DNA of 63,930 bases, counting the filler, from Octopus bimaculoides (taxonomy: Eukaryota): the NCBI RefSeq assembly GCF_001194135.2. It is 8 parts of 8 records of this genome, joined end to end, with 100 filler letters (N's around TTAATTAATTAA, not from the genome) between each part and the next. Parts side by side here need not be neighbours in the genome. Positions count along the whole stretch, not along the records: positions 36,993 to 59,794 come from NC_068983.1; 7 more parts are not named here. One strand, 5' to 3'. The first letter of the stretch is position 1, and each line of letters starts with the position of its first letter. This document shows positions 37,580 to 51,150 of the stretch, one piece after another. The notes beneath the pieces were generated by a model. The model searched no databases. It was not told the origin of the DNA and was given only the letters and a program-made list of their open reading frames with translations. Both the position numbers and the translations under genes were made by a program.

Positions 37580-38296
37580 TTTATTAAATACTGATCGAGT
37601 TATACATATCTGAGGAGTAGCAGTTCCTCACACTTTACTGATTTTAAAGAATGATGGCCTCATCATCGGTTCGATGTTTCACATGTAGCGTGTCGAAATG
37701 TTTATCTGAAGTGATGCACCCTTCTTTGAAATTATTTCATGTACTTGGATTTTTGTCGCTTTCTCTACTTTTCCTGCAGTTCGCTCTTATAAAATTATCT
37801 ATAATACATTTATTTGTGTGCACCTGGATGTACTGAGGTATACTTAACAATAATGTTCTTTCTAACTTGATCTAACTCAATTAGGATATTCTTGGTGTTC
37901 TTCAAATACTACAGCGATCGATTTATAGATATTTTCATTTCAGCCTCGTCACCGAAACTGTTAACAACAATTGGTTTACTAAGCGCAGCATTGGCGTTAT
38001 TAACGTTGGCAGTGTTGATATTTGAAGTGTTGGTGATGTTAATAGTAGTGAATTATTAGATGTGTTAGTAGATGTGATGAAGCCACAGCTATCTTGCATT
38101 TCCTCAGTGTCTATATCAACCTAGGTGTTTTTGTTGCTTCTATCGCGTCCACGTTGGTTGCCATGGGAGATGTTTTACTGATCTGGCAACAGACAACGAA
38201 GGGAACGATAAAAATGCCGTTCCCAAAACTATTTACACCTCTCTGATATCATGACGAAATACCGGTCGATGTCGTGTTGCTTATATTTAAGAGAAG

Positions 38297-38458
38297 AGGA
38301 ATTATGTACATTATTTACATTATTTACATGTGACGGATGTTAGTCCACATCTTGTTTGTTGTTAACACAAGGTTTCAGTTGATATACTCCCCAGCCTTCA
38401 TCAGGTGTCTTGGGGAAATTTTGAAACTCGGTTCTTATTCCTGAGGTATATTTCTTTG
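38297..38458 (-). mobile_element. Penelope-like terminal repeat (left arm) with a decayed hammerhead core
   Basis: Minus strand: AAGACAC-CTGATGA-AGGCTG..CAACT-GAAA-CCTT-GTGTT. Confidence 0.6.
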
Positions 38459-38464
38459 TTATTA

Positions 38465-38700
38465 TTATTGTTCAGTAGTTTTATTTTCATAACGAGCTTT
38501 CACTTCACAACCGAGCGCAGCTCTGTGTGCCTTGGTTATGTGCTGTGGTTTGCTGTGATGCTCTCATAGTTACTGTATTGAAAGTGGTTTGCGTAGGATG
38601 TGTGCAATGCCCAGTAATGCAATTTTCTGTATGTTATATATATTTGTAAGTCCTGTTATGTATTTGTCTGAATATTTTTTTTATTATACATAAGGCACCT
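38465..38700 (-). mobile_element. R4/Dong-type LINE extreme 3' end ending in (TAA)n
   Basis: GAL.IIKK..GLTNIYNIQKIALLGIAHILRKPLSIQ*, then a 3' UTR and AATAATAATAA. Confidence 0.75.
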
Positions 38701-38716
38701 ATTATGATAGGAAACA

Positions 38717-38877
38717 TCGAAAATACCTCAGGAATGAGAACCGAGGTTCAAAATTCACCCAAGACACCTGATGAAGACGGGAGGGTATATCAGCCGAAAG
38801 TCTGTGTTAGCAACAAACAAGATGAAGACAAATATCTGTCAATTGTAAATGATGTAAATAATGTATATAATTCTTTT
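38717..38877 (+). mobile_element. Penelope-like terminal repeat (right arm) with a decayed hammerhead core
   Basis: AAGACAC-CTGATGA-AGACGG..CAGCC-GAAA-GTCT-GTGTT at 38761-38808; inverted copy of 38297-38458. Confidence 0.6.
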
Positions 38878-38897
38878 ACTCTTTTACATATTTCAGA

Positions 38898-39915
38898 CAT
38901 TTGACTGTTGCAATGCTGGAGCACCGTCTTTAATCGAAGAAATCGACCACAGGTCTAATTCTTTGTAAGCCTCGTACTTATTGCATCGGTATCTTTTGCC
39001 GAACCGCTAGATTACGGGGACTTAAACGCACCAGCATCAGTTGTCAAGCGATGTTAGGTAGGGGGCAAACNNNNNNNNNNNNNNNNNNNNNNNNNNNNNN
39101 NNNNNNNNNNNNNNNNNNNNNNNNNNNNNNNNNNNNNNNNNNNNNNNNNNNNNNNNNNNNNNNNNNNNNNNNNNNNNNNNNNNNNNNNNNNNNNNNNNNN
39201 NNNNNNNNNNNNNNNNNNNNNNNNNNNNNNNNNNNNNNNNNNNNNNNNNNNNNNNNNNNNNNNNNNNNNNNNNNNNNNNNNNNNNNNNNNNNNNNNNNNN
39301 NNNNNNNNNNNNNNNNNNNNNNNNNNNNNNNNNNNNNNNNNNNNNNNNNNNNNNNNNNNNNNNNNNNNNNNNNNNNNNNNNNNNNNNNNNNNNNNNNNNN
39401 NNNNNNNNNNNNNNNNNNNNNNNNNNNNNNNNNNNNNNNNNNNNNNNNNNNNNNNNNNNNNNNNNNNNNNNNNNNNNNNNNNNNNNNNNNNNNNNNNNNN
39501 NNNNNNNNNNNNNNNNNNNNNNNNNNNNNNNNNNNNNNNNNNNNNNNNNNNNNNNNNNNNNNNNNNNNNNNNNNNNNNNNNNNNNNNNNNNNNNNNNNNN
39601 NNNNNNNNNNNNNNNNNNNNNNNNNNNNNNNNNNNNNNNNNNNNNNNNNNNNNNNNNNNNNNNNNNNNNNNNNNNNNNNNNNNNNNNNNNNNNNNNNNNN
39701 NNNNNNNNNNNNNNNNNNNNNNNNNNNNNNNNNNNNNNNNNNNNNNNNNNNNNNNNNNNNNNNNNNNNNNNNNNNNNNNNNNNNNNNNNNNNNNNNCAAT
39801 TTCTGTCTACCAAATCCACTCACAAATTTTTGGTCAGCGCGAGGCTAATGTAGAAGACCCTTGCCCAAGGTGTCAAGTAGTGGGACTGAACCCAGAGCCA
39901 TGTTGTGGTAAACAA
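38898..39915 (-). mobile_element. Composite SINE B+C spanning an assembly gap
   Basis: C part at 38898-39070 and B part at 39797-39915 are both on the minus strand and in the correct order; the gap falls where the central microsatellite would be. Confidence 0.7.
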
Positions 39916-40687
39916 GATATAGATATAGATCTCTAAATAACAAGTCCTTTGAACATGTGCAAATGAAACAGTTTTGCGCTGTGATGAATGATATTGAGTT
40001 TAGTGTTTCTGTGAATATTCCACAGCTGCAAATATTCCGCTTCACATCTTGCTGATTGGGCGGAATAATTAACCAAAAGCCACATACGAAATACGTAAGC
40101 GTCATTATAATAATGATGGAGACAATATTGCAAGAGTTTAAACAATAATGTAAAATTTATGTGCGACGTTCAATCATAGAACCTGACAAATCAGATTACC
40201 AATCGAGGTAAATACGGCCGGAGGCCTTAGAATATTTCTTGAAAATATTATCTTATTTTATTTGTCCTAGTTTATTCCTTTAATATTTTAATATTTCATT
40301 TTAACACAATCTTTCTACTTTCAACCAATATATGGGAGCTATTACACTCTTATCGTTGTTTTAATACTCTCACGGCCATTGGTATTATTGTTTCTGCTAT
40401 TATATGGAAGATTATCGCATGGTGATTTTGTCAATATTATTGGTATTGATATCATTCATATTGTTGTTGATGATGCTGATACCGTTCATCATAATTGTTT
40501 TGGTATAACACATTAATCTTCAAGTTCACTAATTCTCTAAAATGATTCCCCCATTCATCCACATTTATGAAAAGCCCATATCAAATGTCAACACATTGGC
40601 TGGAGAATATCTGACTTCTATATAATGCTAATATTGTAATGGGGACGGACCTGTGTTTGAGAATGTCTCTCTTCCAAATTTAGCAAT

Positions 40688-40688
40688 A

Positions 40689-40732
<44 letters not shown>

Positions 40733-40757
40733 TTACTACTACTACTACTACTACTAC
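40688..40757. repeat. (CTA)n microsatellite
   Basis: Direct reading. Confidence 0.95.
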
Positions 40758-42565
40758 TGTTGCTGATGCTGCTATAAATCCCTCGGTTGGTCCCATCACC
40801 TTGTAACCTTCCTTCAACTATTCAACTTAAACATCGCAATCTGCATCACCTTCCCTATAAAATAGCCATTCTTAAAATGGTCAGCTTGTTATTTTCAGCA
40901 ATGGCTCACACGGAAGTAGCATAGATTTTCTTAGGCTGTTCAATTTACCCGAATTGATAAATTGAGTAAAAGTATGAATAATATACCTATAATGATTACT
41001 GGAAACAGTTGTAAGACAGGTTTGCTCTAATAAAGAAATTATATGTTATGATCAATATTTTTAACTTATATATATATATATATATATATATATTCTGCAT
41101 ATATTCATATAATAACGCAGTGTGCACAAATAACCATCAATATTTAATATTTTAAAAGATATGCGTATACGTACTAATGGAAGGGATTAAGATGAAGCAT
41201 AGTTTCGCATCTTACGAGTAAAGCGTATATTATATATTTAAATGGATGTATACATTCCTCTTCTTCATATATCTTGGTTTAAAACCCGCTTTATTACATT
41301 TAGGAGCACCATTCTAATGCAATGTATATAACATATTCAATGTGGGCCCATAAAAGGCGCTTCTATTTACGATAGAGAAACACTAAATCAATTGGGAGCA
41401 TGAGTGCAGCGATTATGTAAATATTCTCGTTGCAAATATATTTAATTACACACGCGAATATGAACATCTACCGATTTATCCGTCCTGTGCAAAATTCATC
41501 CCGAGCCGGATTGTCTGAATACTAATTATTTTTCTTTCCGTCAAAAACGGATTAATGAATAAAATTCGGCATTCTCTTTGTATTTAATACTTCGGCTCAA
41601 TTATATGGGATACATAACTTTCTACGGTACCTCTTTTATCGATCACTATTAATAGATCAGTCCAATAAAATTACTTTTACGAGATCAACCACTTTCAGCT
41701 ATTTACAGAAATTTACATTCTTATACAAAATTAGAAACACTGAAATATATTCAGGGACATCACCACTCACGAATTCGTATACGTTGTGTGTACCTGTGTG
41801 TGAGTGTGTGTTAATATNNNNNNNNNNNNNNNNNNNNNNNNNNNNNNNNNNNNNNNNNNNNNNNNNNNNNNNNNNNNNNNNNNNNNNNNNNNNNNNNNNN
41901 NNNNNNNNNNNNNNNNNNNNNNNNNNNNNNNNNNNNNNNNNNNNNNNNNNNNNNNNNNNNNNNNNNNNNNNNNNNNNNNNNNNNNNNNNNNNNNNNNNNN
42001 NNNNNNNNNNNNNNNNNNNNNNNNNNNNNNNNNNNNNNNNNNNNNNNNNNNNNNNNNNNNNNNNNNNNNNNNNNNNNNNNNNNNNNNNNNNNNNNNNNNN
42101 NNNNNNNNNNNNNNNNNNNNNNNNNNNNNNNNNNNNNNNNNNNNNNNNNNNNNNNNNNNNNNNNNNNNNNNNNNNNNNNNNNNNNNNNNNNNNNNNNNNN
42201 NNNNNNNNNNNNNNNNNNNNNNNNNNNNNNNNNNNNNNNNNNNNNNNNNNNNNNNNNNNNNNNNNNNNNNNNNNNNNNNNNNNNNNNNNNNNNNNNNNNN
42301 NNNNNNNNNNNNNNNNNNNNNNNNNNNNNNNNNNNNNNNNNNNNNNNNNNNNNNNNNNNNNNNNNNNNNNNNNNNNNNNNNNNNNNNNNNNNNNNNNNNN
42401 NNNNNNNNNNNNNNNNNNNNNNNNNNNNNNNNNNNNNNNNNNNNNNNNNNNNNNNNNNNNNNNNNNNNNNNNNNNNNNNNNNNNNNNNNNNNNNNNNNNN
42501 NNNNNNNNNNNNNNNNNNNNNNNNNNNNNNNNNNNNNNNNNNNNNNNNNNNNNNNNNNNNNNNNN

Positions 42566-42601
<36 letters not shown>

Positions 42602-42648
42602 AGAGAGAGCGAGAGAGAGAGAAAGAGAGAGCGAGAGAGAGAGAGAGA

Positions 42649-42683
<35 letters not shown>

Positions 42684-43159
42684 TCAGTAGACTGTGTCAA
42701 AGCCGTGGTAGCGCTATGAACATATTCTACTCGAATGAATAAACCCCGGTATTACTTTTGTATAAGCCTGCGGATATGACACTGTCTGTTGTCCAACAGA
42801 TTAGTGACACGGAAATATACATACTCACAACAGTTGTCGGATGGTGGTGTGTAACAAACAACGAACACACGCACACGCACACACGCACTCACACACATAT
42901 GTATATCTGTCTGTCTTTCTGTTTATGTGTGTCCTCTGCCACTCTTTGCCAAACGCTGCTGGTTTGTTTATGAAATTTCATTGTTTCGTATTGTACGATC
43001 TAAAATTAGAAAATAAAGTGAATATTTACTTGACATTTAACACATTTCCTATGATCCATTTTATACAATTCCTCTTCTAGACCATATTCTACTATTGAAA
43101 TTTCTACTCGTATATATTTTATACGTTTCCTTTCTTTTTATATCAGTATATCTGTATTC

Positions 43160-43322
43160 CCTTCTACTATAAGCTCACGGGTTAAAATTTGAGGAAGGTG
43201 TATAGACAATTTTATCGAACGCAGTGTTTGACTGGTACATATTTTATCGAATCCGAAAAGGTGAAAGGCAGAGACGACTCCTTGGAGTCTAAAATAATGT
43301 CTCTAAGCACTTTGCCCGGCGC
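43160..43322 (-). mobile_element. SINE family A (degenerate)
   Basis: ACTGGTACATATTTTATCGA..GAAAAGGTGAAAGGCA..CTAAGCACTTTGCCCGGCG. Confidence 0.65.
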
Positions 43323-46300
43323 GTCGTCTTTATCATGACGTTAAGACTGTTCCTGAAATATTAATTTTATTTTGTAGGATGAAAAGGAGTTAATGCCAAA
43401 AATGTACTGCATAGCAATAGATTATAATAGATGATTAATAATAAGTCTTTGTATGTACAGGTTCCATGTTATTTTTCTTAACATAATATGTGTTTTTATT
43501 ATCATTTGCTTAATAGAAAACATACACTTTGCTTCAGGACATTAAGTATTTCACTCTTAAGTAAGGAGTATCTGATTCATTGCTTTCGATTTAAACAAAT
43601 TCTACACAATTCTTAAATTGTAAGACTTATATTTAAATAAAATAGGGATGCCTCATGAAAACAGTGGCATGAAATTTAACTTTCCCTGGAATAGGTAAGT
43701 GGCAGGCATGCTATATTATTTGTGGATTCTGAATTAATAAAGAAGGTAATTTAGCAACTCATACGAAAAGTAAGAGAAACCTCAAAATGTATGTGACGTA
43801 GCAATAAAATTATTTTCATAGTCCCAAAACTTGGTGATAAAGCGTATCATCTTGCGGAAATATTGTCCGTATTTACCCTTGAAGGAATATTTAAGAGGAC
43901 TGCATTCTTTTTTTATTCATTACCTCTATAGTGTCGTACCTCCATATATTTCTTAGATATGTTAATTGCATTCAAATAAAAGCGATAGTAGCATATAAGT
44001 TCCAGTATATCTTTGTAGATTCGCACACAAATCCNNNNNNNNNNNNNNNNNNNNNNNNNNNNNNNNNNNNNNNNNNNNNNNNNNNNNNNNNNNNNNNNNN
44101 NNNNNNNNNNNNNNNNNNNNNNNNNNNNNNNNNNNNNNNNNNNNNNNNNNNNNNNNNNNNNNNNNNNNNNNNNNNNNNNNNNNNNNNNNNNNNNNNNNNN
44201 NNNNNNNNNNNNNNNNNNNNNNNNNNNNNNNNNNNNNNNNNNNNNNNNNNNNNNNNNNNNNNNNNNNNNNNNNNNNNNNNNNNNNNNNNNNNNNNNNNNN
44301 NNNNNNNNNNNNNNNNNNNNNNNNNNNNNNNNNNNNNNNNNNNNNNNNNNNNNNNNNNNNNNNNNNNNNNNNNNNNNNNNNNNNNNNNNNNNNNNNNNNN
44401 NNNNNNNNNNNNNNNNNNNNNNNNNNNNNNNNNNNNNNNNNNNNNNNNNNNNNNNNNNNNNNNNNNNNNNNNNNNNNNNNNNNNNNNNNNNNNNNNNNNN
44501 NNNNNNNNNNNNNNNNNNNNNNNNNNNNNNNNNNNNNNNNNNNNNNNNNNNNNNNNNNNNNNNNNNNNNNNNNNNNNNNNNNNNNNNNNNNNNNNNNNNN
44601 NNNNNNNNNNNNNNNNNNNNNNNNNNNNNNNNNNNNNNNNNNNNNNNNNNNNNNNNNNNNNNNNNNNNNNNNNNNNNNNNNNNNNNNNNNNNNNNNNNNN
44701 NNNNNNNNNNNNNNNNNNNNNNNNNNNNNNNNNNNNNNNNNNNNNNNNNNNNNNNNNNNNNNNNNNNNNNNNNNNNNNNNNNNNNNNNNNNNNNNNNNNN
44801 NNNNNNNNNNNNNNNNNNNNNNNNNNNNNNNNNNNNNNNNNNNNNNNNNNNNNNNNNNNNNNNNNNNNNNNNNNNNNNNNNNNNNNNNNNNNNNNNNNNN
44901 NNNNNNNNNNNNNNNNNNNNNNNNNNNNNNNNNNNNNNNNNNNNNNNNNNNNNNNNNNNNNNNNNNNNNNNNNNNNNNNATATATATATATATATATATA
45001 CACACACATATATATATAATTATTGGGAAGTATTCATCAGCGTTTTAAGATAGTTTACAGAAATATAGCTGTGCAGACAATGATGTAATGTGAGTTGTAT
45101 AAATGCGGATGGCATACGTTGCACTATCTGGAATCAGAGTGAGAGACATTAACCTGATCGAGAATTACTTTTAAAAGACACGATGAATAAAGAAGATCTG
45201 AAACATAGGTTGAAAGCGGCAAGTTTTGTAAATACAGAGGCATTAAATATAAAGGGAGACGCGTTTACTATAATTCAGAGTGTAACGAATATGTTTCAAG
45301 AAGACATTTCTTGACCGTGGAACACATAACCTATACACCTATGACAAATGTATAAAATGGTTTCTCTCTGGTAGGCAATTTTGTTACAGAATAAATTTAT
45401 ATTCTTGATAAAAACAAAAAGAATAAATACGGCTATGTGTTTAACTCATTCAAGTCTTGTATTCATGTTGCATTTTACGGATAAATGAAGAACGTTTGTC
45501 GAACGTATCAATGAATGAGTGCATTCTGCTGAAATGTTTTGAAATTGTGAGTGCCCCAGTATTACCCTGACAGGCTAATTGTGCTTCATCTGATTTATGG
45601 ACCTGGGGATCAGTGTACCGGTTACGCTATTAGGAATAATCATGCAATGCCTTACGATCTCTACGAATGATTTCTTAGTATTGTTATTTGTGTTATTCTT
45701 TATTTATTGATTCTAGATTTTAAAAAATAATAAATCTCAAGTTGATGTTTCTTCTTTTGAAATTTTTATTGTAACGTTTGCTTTAGATGTCAGTGAATAT
45801 GTATTAGATTTAATAACGAGCAGAATATGTCAGAAGTTTCTTTTAAGCTACATAATAACGTCTACGAATCTAGTGGTTACGGATGTAAGTAATACACACA
45901 TAACCTTATAAAATAAATAACGACCACAAGCATTTTGATCGTGAATGCTTCATTGAGTGTATGGATATACGGTCATGCGCACTCGTTATCTTGTATATAC
46001 ATGAGCTGATACGTGCATACATGTGCATATTTATAAGCGATTTATAAGCGCCGGTATGTTTTCTATCGCAGAATATTGACTATGTGTATTAGCAAAATAT
46101 TACATGCAGTTTCTGTTCTATTTACATAGGTGCGTTCACGTGCAGGTGGTATAGTTCCTTGAACAACAATTACAAAATGTGTGATAAACGATGAAGTTTT
46201 GAAATAGAAATTAAGGCGAGCATCAAATATTTATATTGTAATATCTTGAAGGATTTTTTATGCAGATGTCTTAACATTTAAATTAAAATTCATGAATCGG

Positions 46301-49300
46301 ATTGTTAACAATTCAGAATATTCAAATTTCATTAAAATATTGTTTTTTTTAAAATCTTTTACAAATTATTTGTAGTTTTACATTTTTAAAAATTATATTA
46401 AGAATTCATAATTTCCCAAGATTGATTCTAAATATATCCAAAGCAATTTATTAAGAAACATAGTAATTATTCACACTTTATTGCAAGCATAAATATTTGA
46501 CATTAGGTGTCATGTTCTATGTTCAAAATGAAGCATAACATATATTATTGAAATTGTGATAATTATAAATAAATCATACAAAAATATTTTTGTTTACTCT
46601 CTATGTTTGTACTCTTTGCACTTTTGTGTTCAATGTTGTTATTGATGGCTACACTTGTAATTATTGCTCCATTGTCATCGATGCAACTGTTTTGAAAAAC
46701 GGAGTTAAAATTAACCGTGATGATTGTCGTTGTTTTTAAATTTCTTACAAAGAAATATTGTTGCTCTTCACCGACGTTTCTTTCTTCTCTCCTTATTTGT
46801 TTTTAGAATTAAATGTATGCCTAAACAAAATCTGAAATATGATAATCCTGCCAATGAATGCATATAAATAGGTTTCAGATCTTTTGAAATAACGCAAATT
46901 ATTATTTACACAAATGAATATAGTGAACTCTCTTTTAGTAAAGAAATGTATGTGACAAGCGTCATCGACTCACAGATGTAACCGGAGTTATGATGAAAGA
47001 GATACATGCTTCATATTTGTATGGAAATATTTAGGTAATTCGACAAGACAATGTATTATGAATCGACCACGTAGTGACAGAGTGCAAATACCCACCTTAA
47101 TGATTTATAATTCTCACTTGACCATTTTCTGAATCAGTCAGTTTTTCCTATAGTGTTCTCAATAAAACTGACAGGGTAAGTCAGGTTCTTCAACCCTCGA
47201 TGACAGAATAATGGGTCACCGATGATGAATAATTAAATTTAAAAAGAACACTGATATAAATGTATCAGGGTCACCGTAGTACGGAGGGATTGCATCCCTT
47301 GTCAGTCGTTAGAAAACTGCAATCACGTGGCTTACAGTTGTTTTGACTCTTATCTCTAACAATTCTGGTACTCACTAGCTCCTTCCGTCGCATTAATTAT
47401 CACGATACTAATATNNNNNNNNNNNNNNNNNNNNNNNNNNNNNNNNNNNNNNNNNNNNNNNNNNNNNNNNNNNNNNNNNNNNNNNNNNNNNNNNNNNNNN
47501 NNNNNNNNNNNNNNNNNNNNNNNNNNNNNNNNNNNNNNNNNNNNNNNNNNNNNNNNNNNNNNNNNNNNNNATATATATATATATATATATATATATAATC
47601 GTGATACAAGGCTCTAATGTTTGCTGGAAATACCAGTCGATAACAGTACGACACTATGTAAAGCTTCACTGAATATATACTCGCAAAAGTGTTTGCAGGC
47701 AACGAACAAAAACATTTCGTCTTACCTCTAGTAAGAACATTGGATATATGAACAACCCGGAGTGGAAAATCCAGTACTCGAGTTTAGGACTTTCATAACA
47801 CGCTTGTTATCGTAAATTCGGTTAGTCCTCTTGAGCTGGATTCACCAAACATGAAATTTTAAAATATTTGTTATTATTTTCAATTTGTAATTCTACCTTT
47901 ACGGTGCTCTACTTTACAGTACTATGCATGGACACACGATGCCTTACGTATTCATTTATATTAATTTACGGCAGAATATGGTAATCGCTATTGGGTTTCG
48001 TCATCGGAGAGCACGTACACCGTTTAGATAAATGTGTGTTCATAACAAACTCTATTGATATGCATAAAATCTTTGGGACATAACCTGTTTCGTTGTACTC
48101 TCCCAATCAAAGCTCCCTCGAATAATAAATGTACCCTCATTTTGTGGCTCTTGATTATCTTAAACACAAAAATTATGTGCTGATGGATACTGATATCTGG
48201 TGATCAACCATCAATCAAAATTCTTCTGCAATATCTAAACATAATAGCGATTTGTCTACACAGGCTAGAAAGTATTAAGGATGAATCTATAAGCTGTTCA
48301 CTGTGGACATTAGGATTTATTATCAGTTTTTCCACTCACTACATTGCATATTAAAACACTTGTCCAAGACAACATGTAACTGCTTATATACCTTCTCTTA
48401 TTGAAAGTAGACTTCGAAACTTTTCGGAAGAATGTTGTATACGACAGTTGGACATCAAATCTGTTTTGTGATAGAAATAAATTATAGATTTTAAAATGTT
48501 ATTCCCTCGCACGAAATGTAGATGTTATTAGCAACTTATATATTATTCAACATGTGTTAAATTTTTAATTGCTGAATTCTTAATATTTGTTCACAGTAAG
48601 TTATTTATCACTAATGGAACGGCTTTCGAATCTAAAATTTCAACGTCTCTCTATGTTCTAATTTCAGATAACACGGATTTTAAGTTTCTTTTTTGTCCTC
48701 TTGAGGGTGACAAAATACAAGGAAAATATCAAATAAACAAGATAGATTTGATTGACTATACAACATCCCCTACAAAATCGATATTTATTCATAATAAAAT
48801 TTGTTTTTTATACAGCAATTTATTATGCTAAATGTCCAAGAGGAAAATTAATTCAAATTTACGTTGTAAAAGTGAATAATACAATAATTTCCATTGTGTT
48901 GTACAATTCCCAGGAAATTAGTCAAGCTGCTTAACCTTAGCTTTAATCAGGGGAATACAATGGAAGGTCAAATTTATTTCTTCGATCAGATTACATTTAT
49001 TTTAACATCTCTGCTAACATTCTCATACTGACTTTACATTTAGTTAAGATATCTTATATTGCTACCAGTATAGACATTGTTGTAACACTTTTCTATCGCT
49101 TTCTCAGACTTTTTTCAATTCTTAAATTTCTAGAGTATAGAAAAAATGATAACTGTACCTGAATTGTATCTCGTTATTTTCACCACGTTAAAACTGCAAG
49201 ACGAGCAGTTATATCTTTATTTGTAGTAGTGTTAAAAGATCTATGATTTAATACTTATACAGATAACTTGTGCGGAGCAGATTTTCTAGATAAGCATTAA

Positions 49301-49303
49301 CAA

Positions 49304-49535
49304 AGGCGACGAGCTGGCAGAATCGTTAGCACGCCAGGCGATATGCTTAGCGGTATTTCGTCTGCTGCTACGTTCTGAGTTCAAATTCCGTCGAGGTCGA
49401 CTTTGCCTTTCATCCTTTCGGGGTCGATTAAATAAGCGCCAGTTACGCATTGGGGTCGATGTAATCGACTTAATCTTTTTGTCTGTCCTTGTTTGCGCCC
49501 TCTAAATTTAACCACTTGTTGTCTATAAAGAAATA
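49304..49535 (+). mobile_element. SINE family A, full length, tail type 1
   Basis: AGGCGACGAGCTGGCAGAATCGTTAGCACGCC head, full body, tail GTCTGTCCTTGTTTG..AAAGAAATA. Confidence 0.9.
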
Positions 49536-49970
49536 ATTATGAACATATACGTCATTCAAGGAAAGTAGTCCTCACATCACCGTCTTAAGTAAATCTAATA
49601 TAAATTATTTCTTCCTAAATAGATTATTGCTAACTAATACTCGCGCTACACTTGGACGGATGCAGTGTATCCGTACAAACAATCACTGTATTTATTATTT
49701 TTTCTTGTTTTTGTAAATGTCACCACAATTGTTTATTTATACAACTTCTTTTATGAAGCAACTCTACACACTATTCCGAACTAATCTATTTGTACAGTTG
49801 AAAAATACGGCTACTAATTTCAAGCAGATATTGCAGTACGCCTACAACAGATTATTGTACATTATATCTAAAAAGTGACTACATAAGTATTATTCTTGTA
49901 TCTAACTGAAGATATGAAAAGAGGAGCCATTCTCGTCAACAGCACACATCTTACAATTATTATAACTCTA

Positions 49971-50182
49971 CAGGGTTTCCACAAAGTCTGGTTACATGGG
50001 GATTAACACATACTTTAAGAAAGTATTATTTCTTATATTTAATTGTTTATGTTATGATTTTATTTACTCCATGTTCCCATATGGGGATTAACACATACTT
50101 TAAGAAATTATTATTTCTTATATTTAATTGTTCATGCCATGATTTTATTTACTCTACATACCTAGACTTTGCGAACACCCTG
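49971..50182. mobile_element. Tc1/mariner MITE with TA target duplication and an internal 85-bp duplication
   Basis: Ends CAGGGTTTCCACAAAGTCTGG and CTAGACTTTGCGAACACCCTG are inverted repeats flanked by TA on both sides; internal repeat units start at 49996 and 50081. Confidence 0.8.
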
Positions 50183-50744
50183 TATATAATTTGAATAGTC
50201 CATTGCTTGGTTTACCTCACTTCTTGTATAAGTTTCTACTTTAGTAGTACAGTGACCGACATGACAAACAGATGTTGTTTTCTAAACATAATAACTTGTG
50301 CGAACAATGAATCCGTTATGTTTAATTACATATATAAATAAATATAAAATATGAAGCATATTTAGAACTCCAAATATATATAATAAAACCTCGACAAAAT
50401 CGGTTCGAGATAGTAACGGTAGTCTCTAGTAATCCAAGAAATGCGGCTCTTCGATTTCTTGCTGAACCATCTGCACCAATGATTTCTTTATAGTGATCAA
50501 ATGTTTGCTCTGGGCATTTGCTTACCTGCTCCAGCAAATGGACGTTGCCTCAGGAGGTGCTAGTCGTTCCACCCGTCATGTGTCGTAGTGATCGCATGAA
50601 ATGAAATATTTTACTCAATACCACAACGCCGCAAGCCACCTAGCGATTGAAAACACGAGTCAAGGATGAGTTGAACATCCTTAACTAAGTCTATGCTCCC
50701 TCAAAGTTCGAGATATACGAACATAATTATGTCTTCCTCTCATA

Positions 50745-51150
50745 AATATAAGTCTTGAAATTTGATGGGACGGGGCTAGTCAATAGCTTCGACCATTGCT
50801 TGATCGGGGCTTGTATAATGAAACCCGAAATGATAACAGATAAATTCTACCTCAGAACATAAAGAAAGACGAAAGGACGCTAAGCATATTTTGCGACCTC
50901 CAAATGATTCTTCAAATTTGGCCTATCATATACGTATATAATTGTTGATTTTAAATTTTGGCACAAGGCCAGCAAATTTAGGAGAGGGGACAAGTCAATT
51001 ACATAGACCGTAATTATTTCATCGACTGTGAAATGTGAAATGTTGAAAGGCAAAGTCGACCCCGGGGACATTTGAACTTGGAATGTAAAATCGGAGGAAA
51101 CACTGGTAAGCATTTTTCCCAACCGGTAATGACTCTACCAGCTCGCAGCA
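50745..51150 (-). mobile_element. Two head-to-tail SINE family A copies (about 50745-50900 and 50944-51150)
   Basis: The upstream copy has tail type 3 (GGCACAAGGCCAGCAAATTT reversed); the downstream copy has a tail type 2 variant. Confidence 0.7.

Noticed and set aside
37943-38058. Possible terminal exon with a hydrophobic tail (SSPKLLTTIGLLSAALALLTLAVLIFEVLVMLIVVNY*)
   Set aside because: A good acceptor is present, but the hydrophobicity is explained by GTT/GTG-rich low-complexity sequence and there is no other support.
49304-49390. tRNA genes at SINE heads (also 10872, 33858)
   Set aside because: A/B-box-like motifs are present, but I see no complete cloverleaf and each continues into a SINE body.
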